From: Lepidodermella squamata
Taxonomy: Eukaryota > Animalia > Gastrotricha
NCBI GenBank assembly: GCA_047495785.1
Contig: JBLDXI010000042.1
Span: 2,914,001 to 2,978,000, forward strand
Direction of reading: 5' to 3'
Length of the DNA stretch: 64,000 nucleotides
The notes beneath the pieces are model-generated. The model was given only the letters and a program-made list of their open reading frames with translations, did no database searches and had not been told where the DNA came from. Made by a program: the position numbers and the translations under genes. Of the stretch, positions 62,544 to 64,000 are shown one piece after another. Each line of letters begins with the position of its first letter. Within the stretch, counting starts at the first letter, position 1.

Positions 62544-64000
62544 ATGAATGAATGCTGGCGAGAAAATCGGAAATATCTCCAGTTGAAGCCCCGTGTTGCA
62601 ACTATTTTGAATCGGTCGTCCAAGTACTTGAAAAGGAAGCAGAAAAAGGAAGTCATTTTCAACCGTCGACCGATCAGCCACTACCGGCCTCTAAATTTAC
62701 GCCGAAACGGCAGTAATTTAAACACTGGGAGTACTGAAGACCCGAGTCTTAGTTTTCCTGGCTCCTTCGTTTCAACTTTGATCTACATCCCGCAGGTCCG
62801 CCGCTTGATCGTTAGCAAACTAAATTCACTTGAAGATGGAGCAATGAAGTGTTTAATAGCTTACGTCGGAAGTTTGAGAAAAACTGACCTTGACTTGTTT
62901 TTCCGAAATGTGAATTTTCCCCAAAAAGTTATGCTAGATTCTACCTCATTCGCCAGTCATTTTCTCGACTACCTCGAAAAGCTTCTGGGAAGCGAAATAT
63001 CTTCGCTATTTCTCGGCAAGTACTGCCGTCCTGGAGGACTGGAGTTCAATTTCACACAGCTCAATGTTGTTGTGCCTGATTTGAAGTTCAAAGCTGAAAT
63101 AAGTTTCCACTGGATCATTTCGGAAAACTTTCAAGGTGATGCGAAATTATCTGCTCTACCGAAAGTTTTATTGATCCAACTGACTCGGCTGGACTGCTGT
63201 TCAATATCGATCCATTTTCCGAACAAGCTTCTTTTCCCTCAATGTTTTTCGGGGTTAGCAAATATCCCTATCTACAATTTGATGACAATTTTTGAGTTGG
63301 ATGGTCAAGATGAAAACAGCTATCAGCACTCGGTCAAAATTCGAAATCTATTCAACAGCAGAATTTCGCCTTGGTTAGTTGGAGAAATGATTGGACCGGA
63401 TCAAAATGCGGCTTTTCTGGTTTCGAAAAACGCCTATGCAGTGTTATACGTCGCAGGAGATATTTTGCCACAAAATGCTAGACTAGCCCCAGGCCCTACA
63501 CCTACACCGACCCGATGTGAACGATCAGGTGCGAGAGAGATGGTTTTCAAGCTAGACCTATTCAATCTGAAGCCTGGTCGCCGCATGAGTCCGGCGGTAC
63601 TAGACAGTTATATCGACTTGATCATTCGTCACTCGAATAAGGAAATGTTCGCTTTTAGCTGGAAATTTATACTGAAATTCCTGGAGTGCGGAATTGACGC
63701 TGCTGCGAAAATTAGTGAACCAAGCGACATCAATACTTACGATTTCTTGATTATTCCTATTTTGACGCCTCGCACTAATCAATGGCTTGTTGCTGTTGTT
63801 TACCCGGCTAATCACCGGTTATTGTTCTACAACCCTGGCGTGGATACCGTCGGTCCAGTCGGCGAGGAATACTCGCCTATAATCGTCAAATGCCTCGCCT
63901 TACTTCGAGATCTCCGCTTCTGGCGTCGTAATTTAAAACCTCCTATTGTCGAGGAATTATGGACCTCCGACGAGTATCTTTCGGGTAGTTTCCCTCGCCA
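62544..64000 (+). CDS. ORF running off the window end: degenerate USP (C19)-like domain fused to a degenerate Ulp1/SENP (C48)-like domain
   Basis: Manual translation from ATG 62544 shows no stop up to 64000. USP-like segments: SFPGSFVSTLIYIPQVRRLI, LPKVLLIQLTR...IHFP, YNLMTIF, AYAVLY. C48-like segment: DLFNLKPGRRMSPAVLDSYIDLI...FAFSWKF...DINTYDFLIIPI...NQWLVAVV...LLFYNP. Confidence 0.7.
   Translation, partial: MNECWRENRKYLQLKPRVATILNRSSKYLKRKQKKEVIFNRRPISHYRPLNLRRNGSNLNTGSTEDPSLSFPGSFVSTLIYIPQVRRLIVSKLNSLEDGAMKCLIAYVGSLRKTDLDLFFRNVNFPQKVMLDSTSFASHFLDYLEKLLGSEISSLFLGKYCRPGGLEFNFTQLNVVVPDLKFKAEISFHWIISENFQGDAKLSALPKVLLIQLTRLDCCSISIHFPNKLLFPQCFSGLANIPIYNLMTIFELDGQDENSYQHSVKIRNLFNSRISPWLVGEMIGPDQNAAFLVSKNAYAVLYVAGDILPQNARLAPGPTPTPTRCERSGAREMVFKLDLFNLKPGRRMSPAVLDSYIDLIIRHSNKEMFAFSWKFILKFLECGIDAAAKISEPSDINTYDFLIIPILTPRTNQWLVAVVYPANHRLLFYNPGVDTVGPVGEEYSPIIVKCLALLRDLRFWRRNLKPPIVEELWTSDEYLSGSFPR

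Overview
Eukaryotic, animal-type DNA from a gene-dense genome with mostly 47-65 nt spliceosomal introns. The species cannot be identified from the sequence alone. (1) 0-15.3 kb holds an uncharacterised multi-exon gene, a small secreted CUB protein, RABGEF1, MRPL30 and MCCC1. (2) 15.8-45.3 kb is a cluster of apparently lineage-specific paralog sets for extracellular signalling. It contains 3 single-pass MAM-domain membrane proteins, 2 atypical nuclear receptors, 1 secreted repeat protein, 6 secreted proteins sharing a C-x8/9-C...W/I-A-Q/N C-terminal motif, 6 short prepropeptide genes (signal peptide, usually an acidic spacer and KR, then [S/R]F[G/K/R]) and 2 divergent DEG/ENaC channels sitting among the peptide genes. 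Several genes form head-to-head secreted-gene/membrane-gene pairs. This cluster is the best candidate for an undescribed system: a co-clustered peptide-ligand, channel, receptor and transcription-factor module. (3) 49-61 kb is a tandem array of RING-(B-box)-coiled-coil-ankyrin (TRIM-like) genes. It is followed by an open ORF, missing from the ORF track, that fuses a degenerate USP domain to a degenerate Ulp1/SENP domain. Several non-autonomous DNA transposons are present, including a 2.8 kb element with 448-bp TIRs and an 8-bp TSD. All gene models are manual and unverified by transcripts.
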